Part shown: positions 47,249 to 57,184 of the stretch, piece after piece
Layout of the letters: the number at the start of each line of letters is the position of its first letter
Position numbering within the stretch: the stretch's first letter is position 1
From: Candidatus Heimdallarchaeota archaeon
GTDB lineage: Archaea > Asgardarchaeota > Heimdallarchaeia > Hodarchaeales > Hodarchaeaceae
Reading direction: 5' to 3'
DNA length: 64,000 nucleotides
NCBI GenBank assembly: GCA_020353515.1
Contig: CP070695.1
Location: 1,524,284-1,588,283 of the forward strand
Notes under the pieces: model-generated
Seen by the model: the letters and a program-made list of their open reading frames with translations, nothing else
What the model was told of the DNA's origin: nothing
Databases searched by the model: none
Made by a program: the position numbers and the translations under genes

Positions 47249-47704
47249 TCAGGAAAGATGATCGTAGATCTTTTGCTCTTTAATAAGAACTTCGATATCT
47301 TCGATTCCTGAGAACTTCCTTAATTCACTAACGAAGTAATCTAGGTCTTGTTTACTCTTACTGAGAACTTCGAGAATGAATGAACTTTCTCCATTGGATC
47401 TATACAGAGACATTAACTTACAATCCTCCGTTTTACAGAGAAAAGGAAGTTGATCGATTTGGGCGTAGGATTCGTAACTAGGTTCTAAATGGAACTTTAT
47501 AATGGCTTGGCCATTAAAGCCAAGATTCTCTGGGTCAGTAACAACACGAAAACCTTGAATTATTCCCTCCTCTCGTAATCGACGAACTCTATTACGAACA
47601 GTTCCTTCAGTTCGTTTTATTTTCTTTGCAATAGTAGTAAATTTGGTTCTTCCATCCCGATTGAGGATTTCGAGTATTTCTCGATCAATTTCATCATAAA
47701 TCAT
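47249..47704 (-). CDS. Lrp/AsnC regulator, paralog of 21964..22419
   Basis: Same helix TEGTVRNRVRRL and similar C-terminal domain. Confidence 0.9.
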   Translation of the reverse strand: MIYDEIDREILEILNRDGRTKFTTIAKKIKRTEGTVRNRVRRLREEGIIQGFRVVTDPENLGFNGQAIIKFHLEPSYESYAQIDQLPFLCKTEDCKLMSLYRSNGESSFILEVLSKSKQDLDYFVSELRKFSGIEDIEVLIKEQKIYDHLS

Positions 47705-47787
47705 CTTTTATCACCGTATTTAATTTGTAATTAACAATAGTTAATTAACAATATTTAAGTTTTTCGTAATTTTCCTCCTTTCGCATT

Positions 47788-47804
47788 TTTACGATTTTCG
47801 TAAA
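47788..47804. promoter_or_regulatory. Lrp/Ptr2-type palindromic site
   Basis: TTTACGA-TTT-TCGTAAA upstream of the Lrp gene; related TACGA-TTC-TCGTA at 50599-50611. Confidence 0.6.
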
Positions 47805-47822
47805 TAGTGGTGGCCTAATACA

Positions 47823-48782
47823 TTAGAAAAACAAGGAGGACACAACAATTCCGAAAAATAACCAAAGAAAAGCAAACCCCATAAACATTGAGGCAATTTT
47901 AAAGATCCTGAATGTTCGTTGTTCAGATGGTCTCTTAAAATTGATTCCAGTATGGTAGAGAATATAAAAACAGAAAATTAACAAAGGAAGCATTGGAAGG
48001 AAGTGAATTCCAAGAATAAAACCTGTGAATACAACAGTGATTCCGCTCAGGACAGCAGAAATAGTGATTACTCTGATAGTTTGGTTTTTATTCGTTACTA
48101 CGGGCCACATGGGGATCTTAGCATTCCTATAATCTTCTAGATTCTTTGGGATTAATGCGAGAGTCAGAATGTGTAAGGGGATCCAGGCAAGGACAAAAAA
48201 ACCAATCAATAGTGCTATCATATCAATTGTTCCTGTCACTGCAGTTCGACCAGCTATTGCAGGTAAGCCTCCTGCAATTCCTCCAAAAACGATTGAAAAT
48301 CTTGTTCGTCGTTTTAACAAGAGTGAATAAACTATAACATCAAAGAAAAATCCCATAAAAACAATAAGCATGGTAATGAAATTGAATAAAGCGCCAGAGA
48401 GAATGATCCCTACTATAACGAAAAGAATTCCATGTTTCAATGCTGTAGATGGATGAATTTTCCCACTAGGAAGTGGACGATCCTTTGTTCGCTCCATAAG
48501 GGCGTCGATATCTTGATCAATGTACATATTAAGCAAAGTGGAACCAGAGACAGCAAAAAAAAGAGACGTTGTAATCCAGATTAAATCCCAGATTTGAAGA
48601 CCACCAGGTGTGCTCCATGCACTGATTAAATAAGTAAATATTGTAGTATAAACCAGTAAAAAGGTTTGTTTACTCTTGATTAACTCACTATAAGTAGATA
48701 AAGTTAAAGGCGGATATTTTGTAATTTCCATTTTTCCATATATATAAGGAAAAGATGGCTTTTCTTGAGATATTTCTTTCAT
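47823..48782 (-). CDS. ctaB: Protoheme IX farnesyltransferase-like (UbiA family), copy 1
   Basis: NMYIDQDIDALMERTKDRPLPSG, YSLLLKRRT, WIPLH. Confidence 0.85.
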   Translation of the reverse strand: MKEISQEKPSFPYIYGKMEITKYPPLTLSTYSELIKSKQTFLLVYTTIFTYLISAWSTPGGLQIWDLIWITTSLFFAVSGSTLLNMYIDQDIDALMERTKDRPLPSGKIHPSTALKHGILFVIVGIILSGALFNFITMLIVFMGFFFDVIVYSLLLKRRTRFSIVFGGIAGGLPAIAGRTAVTGTIDMIALLIGFFVLAWIPLHILTLALIPKNLEDYRNAKIPMWPVVTNKNQTIRVITISAVLSGITVVFTGFILGIHFLPMLPLLIFCFYILYHTGINFKRPSEQRTFRIFKIASMFMGFAFLWLFFGIVVSSLFF

Positions 48783-48816
48783 TTTGTCACATCAAGGTCT
48801 TTCGATGTATTTTTCT

Positions 48817-49659
48817 TCATCCCAAATTTAGTTTGATAGCATCATGAGGACAAATATCTATGCAACGATTGCAGTAGTAGCATTCTCCCTTTTTACTGTC
48901 TCTTGCAGCTTCTTGAGTCGGGCAAATCTTTTCACAAAGTCCACAATCTGTACAATCTTCCGTACGTCGATATTTACTTCTAGTTACCTGACCACAGAGA
49001 CATGAACCTGCCCCAAAGGGACATAAGAACCTGCACCAGGGACGATACAGAAAAATACTAGCTACACAAACTACAATCAAAACAATGAAAGAGATAATTA
49101 TCGTAGTTACAGAGGGAGTCTTAAGTACCGAAAATCCTGGGAAAGGATTAAAAATAGGGAGAATTTGGATACTCAAAAGAGCTAAGAGGATTACAATACC
49201 CAAAAATATCCAGCGTATTTTTTTAGAGAAAGACGAGACGACTTTAATTTGATATTTAGCTTCATTTTGTTCTTTCAAATCTGATTTAAAATTGACTGTT
49301 GAGATTAGTTCTTGCAAGACACCTAAAGGGCATGCAAATCCACAGAAAATCCTCCCAACGAAAAGTGATGAAGCTAATAACACAATTAGTATTATGATTG
49401 CTGGAAGGAGATAGCTTGACTCACTTCTCAGACTTATTGTTGTCAAAAATTGTTGAATAGGCATTACTGCATTGGGTACTCCGCCTATTATAATACCACC
49501 CCATATTATTGTGACTACATAGATTCCGTTTCTTATCTTTCGATCCATCAATTCAGCATCAATTAAGATAATGCAGAACAGAAATGTCACAATCCAAGAA
49601 ATGAGCATTGGTACGCCGTAGATAGCTTCAAAGGGAAGGGATTCATTTTGAACAACCAA
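48817..49659 (-). CDS. Membrane-bound 4Fe-4S protein (NapH/MauN-like)
   Basis: GRIFCGFACPLG, RPWCRFLCPFG, two ferredoxin motifs. Confidence 0.85.
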   Translation of the reverse strand: MVVQNESLPFEAIYGVPMLISWIVTFLFCIILIDAELMDRKIRNGIYVVTIIWGGIIIGGVPNAVMPIQQFLTTISLRSESSYLLPAIIILIVLLASSLFVGRIFCGFACPLGVLQELISTVNFKSDLKEQNEAKYQIKVVSSFSKKIRWIFLGIVILLALLSIQILPIFNPFPGFSVLKTPSVTTIIISFIVLIVVCVASIFLYRPWCRFLCPFGAGSCLCGQVTRSKYRRTEDCTDCGLCEKICPTQEAARDSKKGECYYCNRCIDICPHDAIKLNLG

Positions 49660-49749
49660 ATTATCACCATTGTTACAATTTCTATTTAATTAACTAAGGA
49701 GTCATGCTGATAAGAAAAAAAAGTAGGGAACCAAAAAGAGGTTTTAGTA

Positions 49750-50580
49750 TCACACAGTTAAACTCTCTTTGGTAACAACAAACCGGTTCCATATGCTTGG
49801 AACTAATGGTACAAACACTAACAGGGTTGAGAGCATCGGCGCCATAAAGAACATAGAAAATTTCCCAAAACTTAGCGAGGATGCAAAAGCAACGGGATAT
49901 CCAGTGAAAATTGCTAAAATACCTGATCCAAGAGCAACAATTCTTACCCAATCTTTATCAGGACGACGAAGGATTCCAATAGTGGTTATACCCCAACCAA
50001 TAGCAGCAGCCCAACTCACACGTTGTAAAGCTCGGAAAATTGCGTGTATAGTTGGTTCTGTAGCAACACTAGCGGGAAAAAGTTTCATACGGTTGGTACT
50101 AGCTACTCCATTTAAAAAACACATGACATAAGCGATTCCTGTTAATAAAGCGAATATTACAGTGATCCACGGAATACCTTCAACATAGTGTGTCAAAGCT
50201 AAAAAAATAACCAAATTTGGTAGGAAAATTATTCCCCAAATTGGGATTAATCCCATTTGCATTGCAGGGATCGTTGGCCAGAAACCAGCCAATAAACAAA
50301 GAACATTACCGACTATTGCTACTGATACTGACCACTCTTCTTCAGTATAAAATCCATAAGCACTTACCGCAAATAATAACCCGCCTATGATACTTAAGTC
50401 AGAAATAATTGGAAGGATCTCCTCGATAATGACTTTACATCCTTCTTCTGCTATAGGACTATTAGCCTCCCACCATATGTATGGTTCATATGTTAAAACA
50501 AAAATCACCATACCACCTAGCATACCTATCACAGCTCCAATTAAAGAAAGTACAAATCCTAAAAGTTGATTCCTTTCCAT
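49750..50580 (-). CDS. Hypothetical polytopic membrane protein (about 8 TM, internal duplication)
   Basis: Hydrophobic helices in two similar halves (..EEWSV..GFWP / ..KDWVR..GYP). Confidence 0.7.
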   Translation of the reverse strand: MERNQLLGFVLSLIGAVIGMLGGMVIFVLTYEPYIWWEANSPIAEEGCKVIIEEILPIISDLSIIGGLLFAVSAYGFYTEEEWSVSVAIVGNVLCLLAGFWPTIPAMQMGLIPIWGIIFLPNLVIFLALTHYVEGIPWITVIFALLTGIAYVMCFLNGVASTNRMKLFPASVATEPTIHAIFRALQRVSWAAAIGWGITTIGILRRPDKDWVRIVALGSGILAIFTGYPVAFASSLSFGKFSMFFMAPMLSTLLVFVPLVPSIWNRFVVTKESLTV

Positions 50581-50720
50581 AAGTAATTTTCTCCAAACTA
50601 CGATTCTCGTAATACAAAACTAATATAACAACTCTTAGTGGTGTATTAATATATTTCACTCAGTTTTTCACAACAATCAGTTGTAAACTATATAAAGGTC
50701 TGATTTCATTATTTACCTAG

Positions 50721-51560
50721 GTGGATACAATTAGCGATTTTGAAGAAATAACTCCTCAGGAACTTGAAATGCTAGGTTTGTCAAATTATGAATCGCGGGC
50801 TTATCTTACTTTACTCTCAACTGGAATTAGAACGGCAAAAGAAATAGCAAATGAATCAAAAATCCCATTTGGAAGAGTATATGACGTTTTAAGTTCCTTA
50901 GAGGACAAAGGTCTTGCTGATAAACAAGAATCTAGACCAAAAAAATTTGTAGCAAAAGAACCTAAAATCGCTTTAAATAACCTCTTGAATTTGAAAACGG
51001 CAGAACTTCAAACTTTAACGATAAAGGCAGCTGTGATTGAAGAGAAATTAAGTAATTTACATACTACAAAGCCAGAAGATACCCTATTTTGGAGTGTAGC
51101 GCTTGGTGAAAAAGCAATCAGCCGCTATATTGAAAAAATTAGTGAGACTGAAAAGGAATTACAAACAATACTTAACATCAGAGTTGCTGCACGTATTCCT
51201 CAGAAGGAGATAATTGAAAATTTAATTACCACGCTCAAATTATTAACTGAAAATGGGGTCTCTGTTCAAATCCTGCTAAGTGGTGTCACTCCAGGCAGCC
51301 TAGAAGAGACTTTTTTGGCTTCAGTAGCACACTTTTTCGTGCTTTTGGACAGAGCTGAAGTAAAACGTACACAACTGACACCAACAGCATTTGATATTAT
51401 TGATGATGAGAAAATCCTATTGAAGGTCATGAATCCAGTAAACCCTGATGAGTTTTTTGCTTGGATTTTCGTTTGGCAGAAGAAATTAGCTATAAATTTA
51501 AAACCAAAATTTCAAGAGCTCTGGAAAGATGCTACAGATTTGAAGATTGAAATTAGTTGA
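50721..51560 (+). CDS. TrmB family transcriptional regulator
   Basis: LGLSNYESRAYLTLL, IPFGRVYDVLSSL..KG, SRPKKF, IIDDE. Confidence 0.9.
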   Translation: MDTISDFEEITPQELEMLGLSNYESRAYLTLLSTGIRTAKEIANESKIPFGRVYDVLSSLEDKGLADKQESRPKKFVAKEPKIALNNLLNLKTAELQTLTIKAAVIEEKLSNLHTTKPEDTLFWSVALGEKAISRYIEKISETEKELQTILNIRVAARIPQKEIIENLITTLKLLTENGVSVQILLSGVTPGSLEETFLASVAHFFVLLDRAEVKRTQLTPTAFDIIDDEKILLKVMNPVNPDEFFAWIFVWQKKLAINLKPKFQELWKDATDLKIEIS

Positions 51561-51578
51561 AAAATCCTAGCTATGCTC

Positions 51579-52538
51579 TTAGATTATAAAAAAAGGAGAA
51601 ATGACTACTCCCAAATACAACCATAAAAAGGCAAACGCCATGTAAATTGATGCCAGTTTGAAAATTTTAAAAGTCAAATGGTCGGAAGGGTGTTTAAGGT
51701 TCACCAGCGATTTATAAACAATGAAAGCACTGAATCCGAGAAGGGGAAGCATTGGAATAAGATGTATTTGTAGAGTTACACCAGTTAGGATAATTAAGAG
51801 GGCACTTAACAAAGCAGAGAGTGTAATGACTCGAATGGTCTCGATTTTGCTGCTAGTAACAGGCCACATTGGTACATTGGCATTCTTATATCCTTCCAGG
51901 TTTTTAGGGATGAGAGCAAGTGTGAGGATATGTAACGGGATCCAGCATAACACAAATGCCCCCATCAAAATCGCAGCGATGTCAATATAGCCAATAACCG
52001 CAACTCGACCAGCCACGGCTGGGAGGCCTCCTGCTATACCTCCAAAAATAATTGATAGTCGTGTTCTTCGCTTTAACAACAGCGAATAAACCACAACATC
52101 AAAGAAGAAGCCTAAAAAGACAATAAACATCGTAATTAGGTTGGTGAATATTCCTACTGCTAAAATTCCTGCAACCGTAAAGAGGACACCGTGCTTTAAT
52201 ACTGTGGAGGGGGGGATTCTCTTACTCGGTAAGGGACGATCTTTTGTTCTTTCCATAAGTGCATCAATATCGCGATCAATATACATGTTTAGTAAGGTTG
52301 AGCCTGAAACAGCGAAGAAAAGTCCAACTAAAAACAAAATGAAATGATACAATTCAAAATTTGTATTCCAAGAACTGATTAGATAAGCAAAAATCGCTGT
52401 GTAAAGAAGGAGGAAAGTTTGTTTGCTTTTAATCAATTCACTGTATAAGGATAAAGATAGAGGGGGATAAATATATGTCGTTACATCTTCATAAACTTGG
52501 GTACTCTGAGAGTCCAGTGGTGACTTGGTTCTTGACAT
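51579..52538 (-). CDS. ctaB: Protoheme IX farnesyltransferase-like, copy 2
   Basis: NMYIDRDIDALMERTKDRPLP, YSLLLKRRT, WIPLH. Confidence 0.85.
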   Translation of the reverse strand: MSRTKSPLDSQSTQVYEDVTTYIYPPLSLSLYSELIKSKQTFLLLYTAIFAYLISSWNTNFELYHFILFLVGLFFAVSGSTLLNMYIDRDIDALMERTKDRPLPSKRIPPSTVLKHGVLFTVAGILAVGIFTNLITMFIVFLGFFFDVVVYSLLLKRRTRLSIIFGGIAGGLPAVAGRVAVIGYIDIAAILMGAFVLCWIPLHILTLALIPKNLEGYKNANVPMWPVTSSKIETIRVITLSALLSALLIILTGVTLQIHLIPMLPLLGFSAFIVYKSLVNLKHPSDHLTFKIFKLASIYMAFAFLWLYLGVVISPFFII

Positions 52539-52599
52539 TTAGATTCACTTGTTTTAAGTTAGGATTTTTTTACGTATAAAAAGAGAAAGGGGTAGTTTG

Positions 52600-53286
52600 T
52601 TAAAATAACCCGCTAATAACAGGGATTTCAACTTTCCACTTTGTAGGTAGACCTATTCCTAACATAAAAAGTACTCCAACAATAAGCAATAGGAAAGGAA
52701 GTACTTTGAAAATATCAGCTAAAGGCAAAATAGCCCTCATTCCTTCTACTGTTGCGAATGCTAGTAGTACTCCACCGAAGGATATTAATAACCCGCCGAC
52801 GCCAAAGAACGCGCTAGTCCATTCAGTTTCCTTAGAACCAAATGCTGTGTAGAGGGGGAGAAATGAAATAATCAACCCAGATGGAATGTGAGACGCCATC
52901 ACCGCCATGGATGCCATATCTGGCAGAAAGACTTCAAGTTTCATTAAAGTTAATACTGCGATTACAATGAGAACGTAGATGGTATAAATTAGTCCGTACT
53001 TAGTATCAGGCCATACAGCAAACACAAGGCCGATTGCCAGGCATGCGGGTATAAATGCTGCGACTGGGGGAACAAGTGCAAATCCTAAGGTATCTTCCCA
53101 GCCAAGAAGAATAATTAATACTCCAGAAATAAACAGTACTAAAAAACTTACCCCCCATGCTAGATGGTAGGGTTTTTTTGTTGCCATATACTCTTTAAAA
53201 AGTAATAAGGCTAAAACTACGGCTACAACGCCAATTACTAGAAGCACTAATGCTCCTATCATATCAGTTTCTAATAATGAAGCCAT
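52600..53286 (-). CDS. Hypothetical 7-TM membrane protein
   Basis: Seven hydrophobic segments; His in TM2 and TM5. Confidence 0.7.
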   Translation of the reverse strand: MASLLETDMIGALVLLVIGVVAVVLALLLFKEYMATKKPYHLAWGVSFLVLFISGVLIILLGWEDTLGFALVPPVAAFIPACLAIGLVFAVWPDTKYGLIYTIYVLIVIAVLTLMKLEVFLPDMASMAVMASHIPSGLIISFLPLYTAFGSKETEWTSAFFGVGGLLISFGGVLLAFATVEGMRAILPLADIFKVLPFLLLIVGVLFMLGIGLPTKWKVEIPVISGLF

Positions 53287-53614
53287 TTTATTCCACTCAT
53301 TCTGAATTTACTAGAAATCGTGTAACAAATAATCACTTAGTTGAGAGTTAGTAACAATTGTTTATCCAAAAAAAAACCCCATATTAAAATTAATAATGTT
53401 TGCTAAGGTTTTTCGCATTAAGTATCTTTTTCAACAGCAGGTTATAATGAGGTAATTAGGTTACTCTCGGGTCATAAGGCATTTATACTAAAATAACTAA
53501 AGCGAAAGCAGAAAAAAAACCATGTCTTAGAGTTTAACTTTGGGAACCATTGTTATTTTTCAACGATGTTTTGAGAAAAAATGATTCTCTATTCGAAAAT
53601 AAGGAGTCAAAATT

Positions 53615-54079
53615 ATGGCACAAGATTTAGAGGAAGAATGTTCAGCATTACTTGCAATTAAAATTCTTGGTCGGAAGTGGATTCCTTGGATATTGTGTGA
53701 GCTCTTATCGCACAGAGAATCCTATTTTTCTGATCTCCTGAAAAGAATTGAAGGAAATTATGGGGAAAAAATATCCGCACGAGTTCTTTCCGAGTCATTA
53801 ACTATGCTAGAAGAGAACAATCTCCTCGAACGTACCGTCGTTAGTGAAACTATGCCTGTTAGAGTGAAATATTCTCTAACAGAAAAAGGAGCAGATTTGG
53901 AAGTTATTTTTGGTATTCTAAAAGGTTGGGGGATCAGATGGGGTTCGATTAAGCAAAAGAAATGTAAATCCTTTAGCTGTATTCACAACTGTGTTCCTAT
54001 GATAAATATCAATAAAGCAAAAGAACTGTTGGAAATAGGAGAACCATTACCAGTTGAAGAAATCGAGGATACCACTTAA
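53615..54079 (+). CDS. HxlR family winged-helix regulator
   Basis: ILGRKW, ISARVLSESL, PVRVKYSLTEKG. Confidence 0.9.
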   Translation: MAQDLEEECSALLAIKILGRKWIPWILCELLSHRESYFSDLLKRIEGNYGEKISARVLSESLTMLEENNLLERTVVSETMPVRVKYSLTEKGADLEVIFGILKGWGIRWGSIKQKKCKSFSCIHNCVPMININKAKELLEIGEPLPVEEIEDTT

Positions 54080-54138
54080 AATGAAATCACTGAAGAAAGG
54101 ATACAAAAGAACACCTTTCTTTGACAAGGTGAAATTAA

Positions 54139-54525
54139 ATGAATAAATTTCCCTTTAAAAAGGATTCCATCTATTTTCAGTACAATGTAAAGGATATCGA
54201 TCGTGCTAAGAAGTTTTATTCCGAGATATTTGGATTTGAGATCACCTGGGATGGTGGGTCGGAAGTAGGATGGTGTGAACTAGCTCTTCCTGTTCATGGG
54301 GTAAAACTCGGATTGAATTTAAAACGGGAAGGTGAAATAACCCCAGGTTCGGGAACTCTCACCTTTGATGTAACTGATCTGGATGCTGCTAAGTCGTATT
54401 TAGAAGAACAAGATGTGAAAACAGCTGATATTACTGATATTCCAGATATGGTTTCTTATTTTGATATATTTGATTCTGAAGGAAATCGAATTCAGATTGT
54501 GGCTGAACCGAGAGTTAAAAGCTAG
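54139..54525 (+). CDS. VOC/glyoxalase family protein
   Basis: VKDIDRAKKFYSEIFG, FDSEGNRIQI. Confidence 0.9.
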   Translation: MNKFPFKKDSIYFQYNVKDIDRAKKFYSEIFGFEITWDGGSEVGWCELALPVHGVKLGLNLKREGEITPGSGTLTFDVTDLDAAKSYLEEQDVKTADITDIPDMVSYFDIFDSEGNRIQIVAEPRVKS

Positions 54526-54541
54526 ATCCAGTTTTAGCTAA

Positions 54542-55936
54542 TTAATCTTGCCAACTAAGAAGACGCTGTTCACCTTCAAGCTCACGTATAGTAGTGACAT
54601 CTTGTGTTACTTCTAACGTTCCCCGATAATTTTTATCCTTATCCCGAACTGCAAAATAACGAATATGGATAAATCTATCATTTGATTTAATCCAAAATTC
54701 CGCACTATCTTTCTGTCCACTTTTAAAGGCATCTAAAATACGATTTACAATATGAACACTCTTTTTCGGATGACAATTCTGGACTTTCCTGCCTATCACC
54801 CCAGGACTACGGGGAAAAGTTCTCTCTGGAGTATCAGAATAAAAGCGAACTGTATCATTTTCATCAATGTAAGATATTTCAATAGGGAGATGGGTTAATA
54901 GTAGTGATACTTGTGAAAGATTTAATTGTCCCGTCCTTAATTGTAAAAGGTCATGTCCCGTAATATCAGTTTTATGGATTGTTTCAGGTGTAATAGGCAC
55001 CCATTCCGAACCTGGAGTTACCCAAGCGTATCCTATCTCCTCCTCTCCATTTCTGACTCCTGCCCATTCTTTTGACCCTAATAAATCAAGGGCTGTTGGA
55101 AAAAGAATTGTTTCTTCTTTAAAGATTAAATCTTCAATTTGGGTTATTAATTCTTTAATATTAAGCTCTTCTTGTCGAAATAACTCTCGTACTTCATCAT
55201 GTTTTGCCCACATAACTTGAGATGGACCTGTGAAACCAGCATGTTCTAACTTTGGAAAAAGTTGATTCTCCAATCGTGTGTAATGGATCTCGATTTCTTG
55301 GAGTTTCTTAATTGTTTCTGGATTAGAGGTTTGACGGATCTCGGAAATCAGAGTTCTTGCCACTTGATTTTCTTGCATGTACGTATGAATAGGATGACCT
55401 GGGAGGGTTTCAGGACGCGTGTGTTGATCTAGTGAATATTCAAAAATCCCAACATGAAGATCACATAATTTAGTAATCTGTTCTGCTGTCAATGATCCTT
55501 CATCAATAAGTGCCTGTTCCATAGCTGCAATTTCCGATGCATCAACATCACCTAATAGCTCATTGAATCGCTTTTGAAGATCATCTAATTCTCCTCCTTC
55601 ATGTAACTCCAAAATCAGGGCTTTAAGCATCTCTTGTCTTCTTGCACGTTCACTCTGCCAACCGCTTTTAGCTTGCTCTGAAATTTCAACTTGGACTTTT
55701 TCCGTGGTATTTTTTTCAATACTTGTTGCGATGGCTTGAACTAACTGTGAAATAGTGCTTCCACTCATTTGTGAGACGTCAGTTAAGGTTGCTCGTCTTC
55801 CCACAGTCTTCCGAAGGAAAGGATTCCTTAATCGTTTTAATTTAGGATTTAACTTCATTAAAGTATCTATGACAAATGGGTACTCTTCAATTAGATCATT
55901 AATTTTGGTAGACTCAGTTATTTTAATGATTGACAT
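54542..55936 (-). CDS. DUF1858-DUF438-hemerythrin-PAS protein
   Basis: EIAAMEQ, LCDLH, GHPIH, HYTRLENQLFP, MWAKHDE, VIGRKVQNCHP. Confidence 0.88.
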   Translation of the reverse strand: MSIIKITESTKINDLIEEYPFVIDTLMKLNPKLKRLRNPFLRKTVGRRATLTDVSQMSGSTISQLVQAIATSIEKNTTEKVQVEISEQAKSGWQSERARRQEMLKALILELHEGGELDDLQKRFNELLGDVDASEIAAMEQALIDEGSLTAEQITKLCDLHVGIFEYSLDQHTRPETLPGHPIHTYMQENQVARTLISEIRQTSNPETIKKLQEIEIHYTRLENQLFPKLEHAGFTGPSQVMWAKHDEVRELFRQEELNIKELITQIEDLIFKEETILFPTALDLLGSKEWAGVRNGEEEIGYAWVTPGSEWVPITPETIHKTDITGHDLLQLRTGQLNLSQVSLLLTHLPIEISYIDENDTVRFYSDTPERTFPRSPGVIGRKVQNCHPKKSVHIVNRILDAFKSGQKDSAEFWIKSNDRFIHIRYFAVRDKDKNYRGTLEVTQDVTTIRELEGEQRLLSWQD

Positions 55937-56380
55937 CTACTCATCACCCTTCAAGGTTTTAACCATGCATATTGCCGATTCAGGACATACTGTGGTAAAT
56001 TCAGAAGACTGCTTGACCCTACTATTAACCTCATTTCTTGGAATAACAATATAATTCAGTTTTAAGAAGAATTTTTCAGCAGTTTCAGTTAGTAGATAAA
56101 TTTCCTTCAATCCCTTTTCAGTGGAGAATTTTTGAATTGTCTCAACTAGTTTTCGACCCAATCCATGACTCTGAAAAGAAGGATGAACGGCAACTGAGCG
56201 AATAAGACCTACATCCTCATAAACTTCGACACCAGCACAACCTTGAAGCTGATTTCTTTCCCAAGCAACGAAAAAATTGTGAAAATTATCAGCAACACCG
56301 TCTATAGGAAGATCCACTAATTTTAGCAATGAGTACACGCTTTCTAGATCTTTTTCGCTAGCTTTAGTTATTTCTACCAT
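55937..56380 (-). CDS. GNAT acetyltransferase (ArsN2/ArgA-like)
   Basis: LIRSVAV...GLGRKLV, YLLTETAEKFF, EFTTVCPESA. Confidence 0.85.
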   Translation of the reverse strand: MVEITKASEKDLESVYSLLKLVDLPIDGVADNFHNFFVAWERNQLQGCAGVEVYEDVGLIRSVAVHPSFQSHGLGRKLVETIQKFSTEKGLKEIYLLTETAEKFFLKLNYIVIPRNEVNSRVKQSSEFTTVCPESAICMVKTLKGDE

Positions 56381-56481
56381 ACATTCATGTCCTAAATATT
56401 CTCTGGGTTCCCAATTTTGGACAGATACAGTTTTAGTTTGAAATTTTATATATATTAATCGTAAAACAAACTACTTAACTA

Positions 56482-57171
56482 TTGTTAATGGTTTGTTATA
56501 TGATGTCATGTCCTCAATGTAATGGAATAGAAACGACTTTTAACCATAAAAGTGCGCTAAAAGAGCTTAAAAACTATCACAAAAAAGGACCTAACAAATC
56601 TACCCGTTTTTTAATCAACTATCTTGTATCTAAAGGAATCGAAGACAAAACACTGTTAGACATTGGTGGTGGAGTTGGAGCTATCCAACACGAGCTCATA
56701 AAGAATGGATTGGCTAGCGTTGTAAGTGTTGAGGCCTCCAAAGCATACTCTGAAGCATCGAAAGACGAGGCGAAGCATCAAGGACACGCTGATAAAATTA
56801 ACTACTTCCACGGTGATTTTGTAGATTTATCTCCAGAAATTCCGATGACCGATGTAGTGACTCTTGACCGAGTCATCTGTTGCTATGTTAATATGGAAAA
56901 GTTAGTTAATAGCAGCTTAAACCATGCCAGAGATTATTATGCAGTGATTTACCCTCATGATAAATGGTGGATGAAACTAGGTATAACCGTAGGGAATTTC
57001 CTACAATGGTTAAAGCGGAGTAAATATCGTGGATTCATTCATTCAAAGAAGGAATTTCATAGGGTTGTAGAAGCGCATAACTTTAAGAGGTGTTTTTTTC
57101 AAAAGACGATGTTTTGGCGGATTGAGATATTTCAACGGATGCAGAAAATTAATGACCAACCGAATTCTTAA
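56482..57171 (+). CDS. Class I SAM-dependent methyltransferase
   Basis: LLDIGGGVG, GDF, LDRVICCY. Confidence 0.85.
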   Translation: MLMVCYMMSCPQCNGIETTFNHKSALKELKNYHKKGPNKSTRFLINYLVSKGIEDKTLLDIGGGVGAIQHELIKNGLASVVSVEASKAYSEASKDEAKHQGHADKINYFHGDFVDLSPEIPMTDVVTLDRVICCYVNMEKLVNSSLNHARDYYAVIYPHDKWWMKLGITVGNFLQWLKRSKYRGFIHSKKEFHRVVEAHNFKRCFFQKTMFWRIEIFQRMQKINDQPNS

Positions 57172-57184
57172 GGAGTGACGACAT

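Noticed and set aside
52600-53286. 7-TM protein as a rhodopsin, given the carotenoid genes
   Set aside because: No DxxxK or SxxxK retinal-binding Lys in mid-TM7 and no RYxxW motif in TM3
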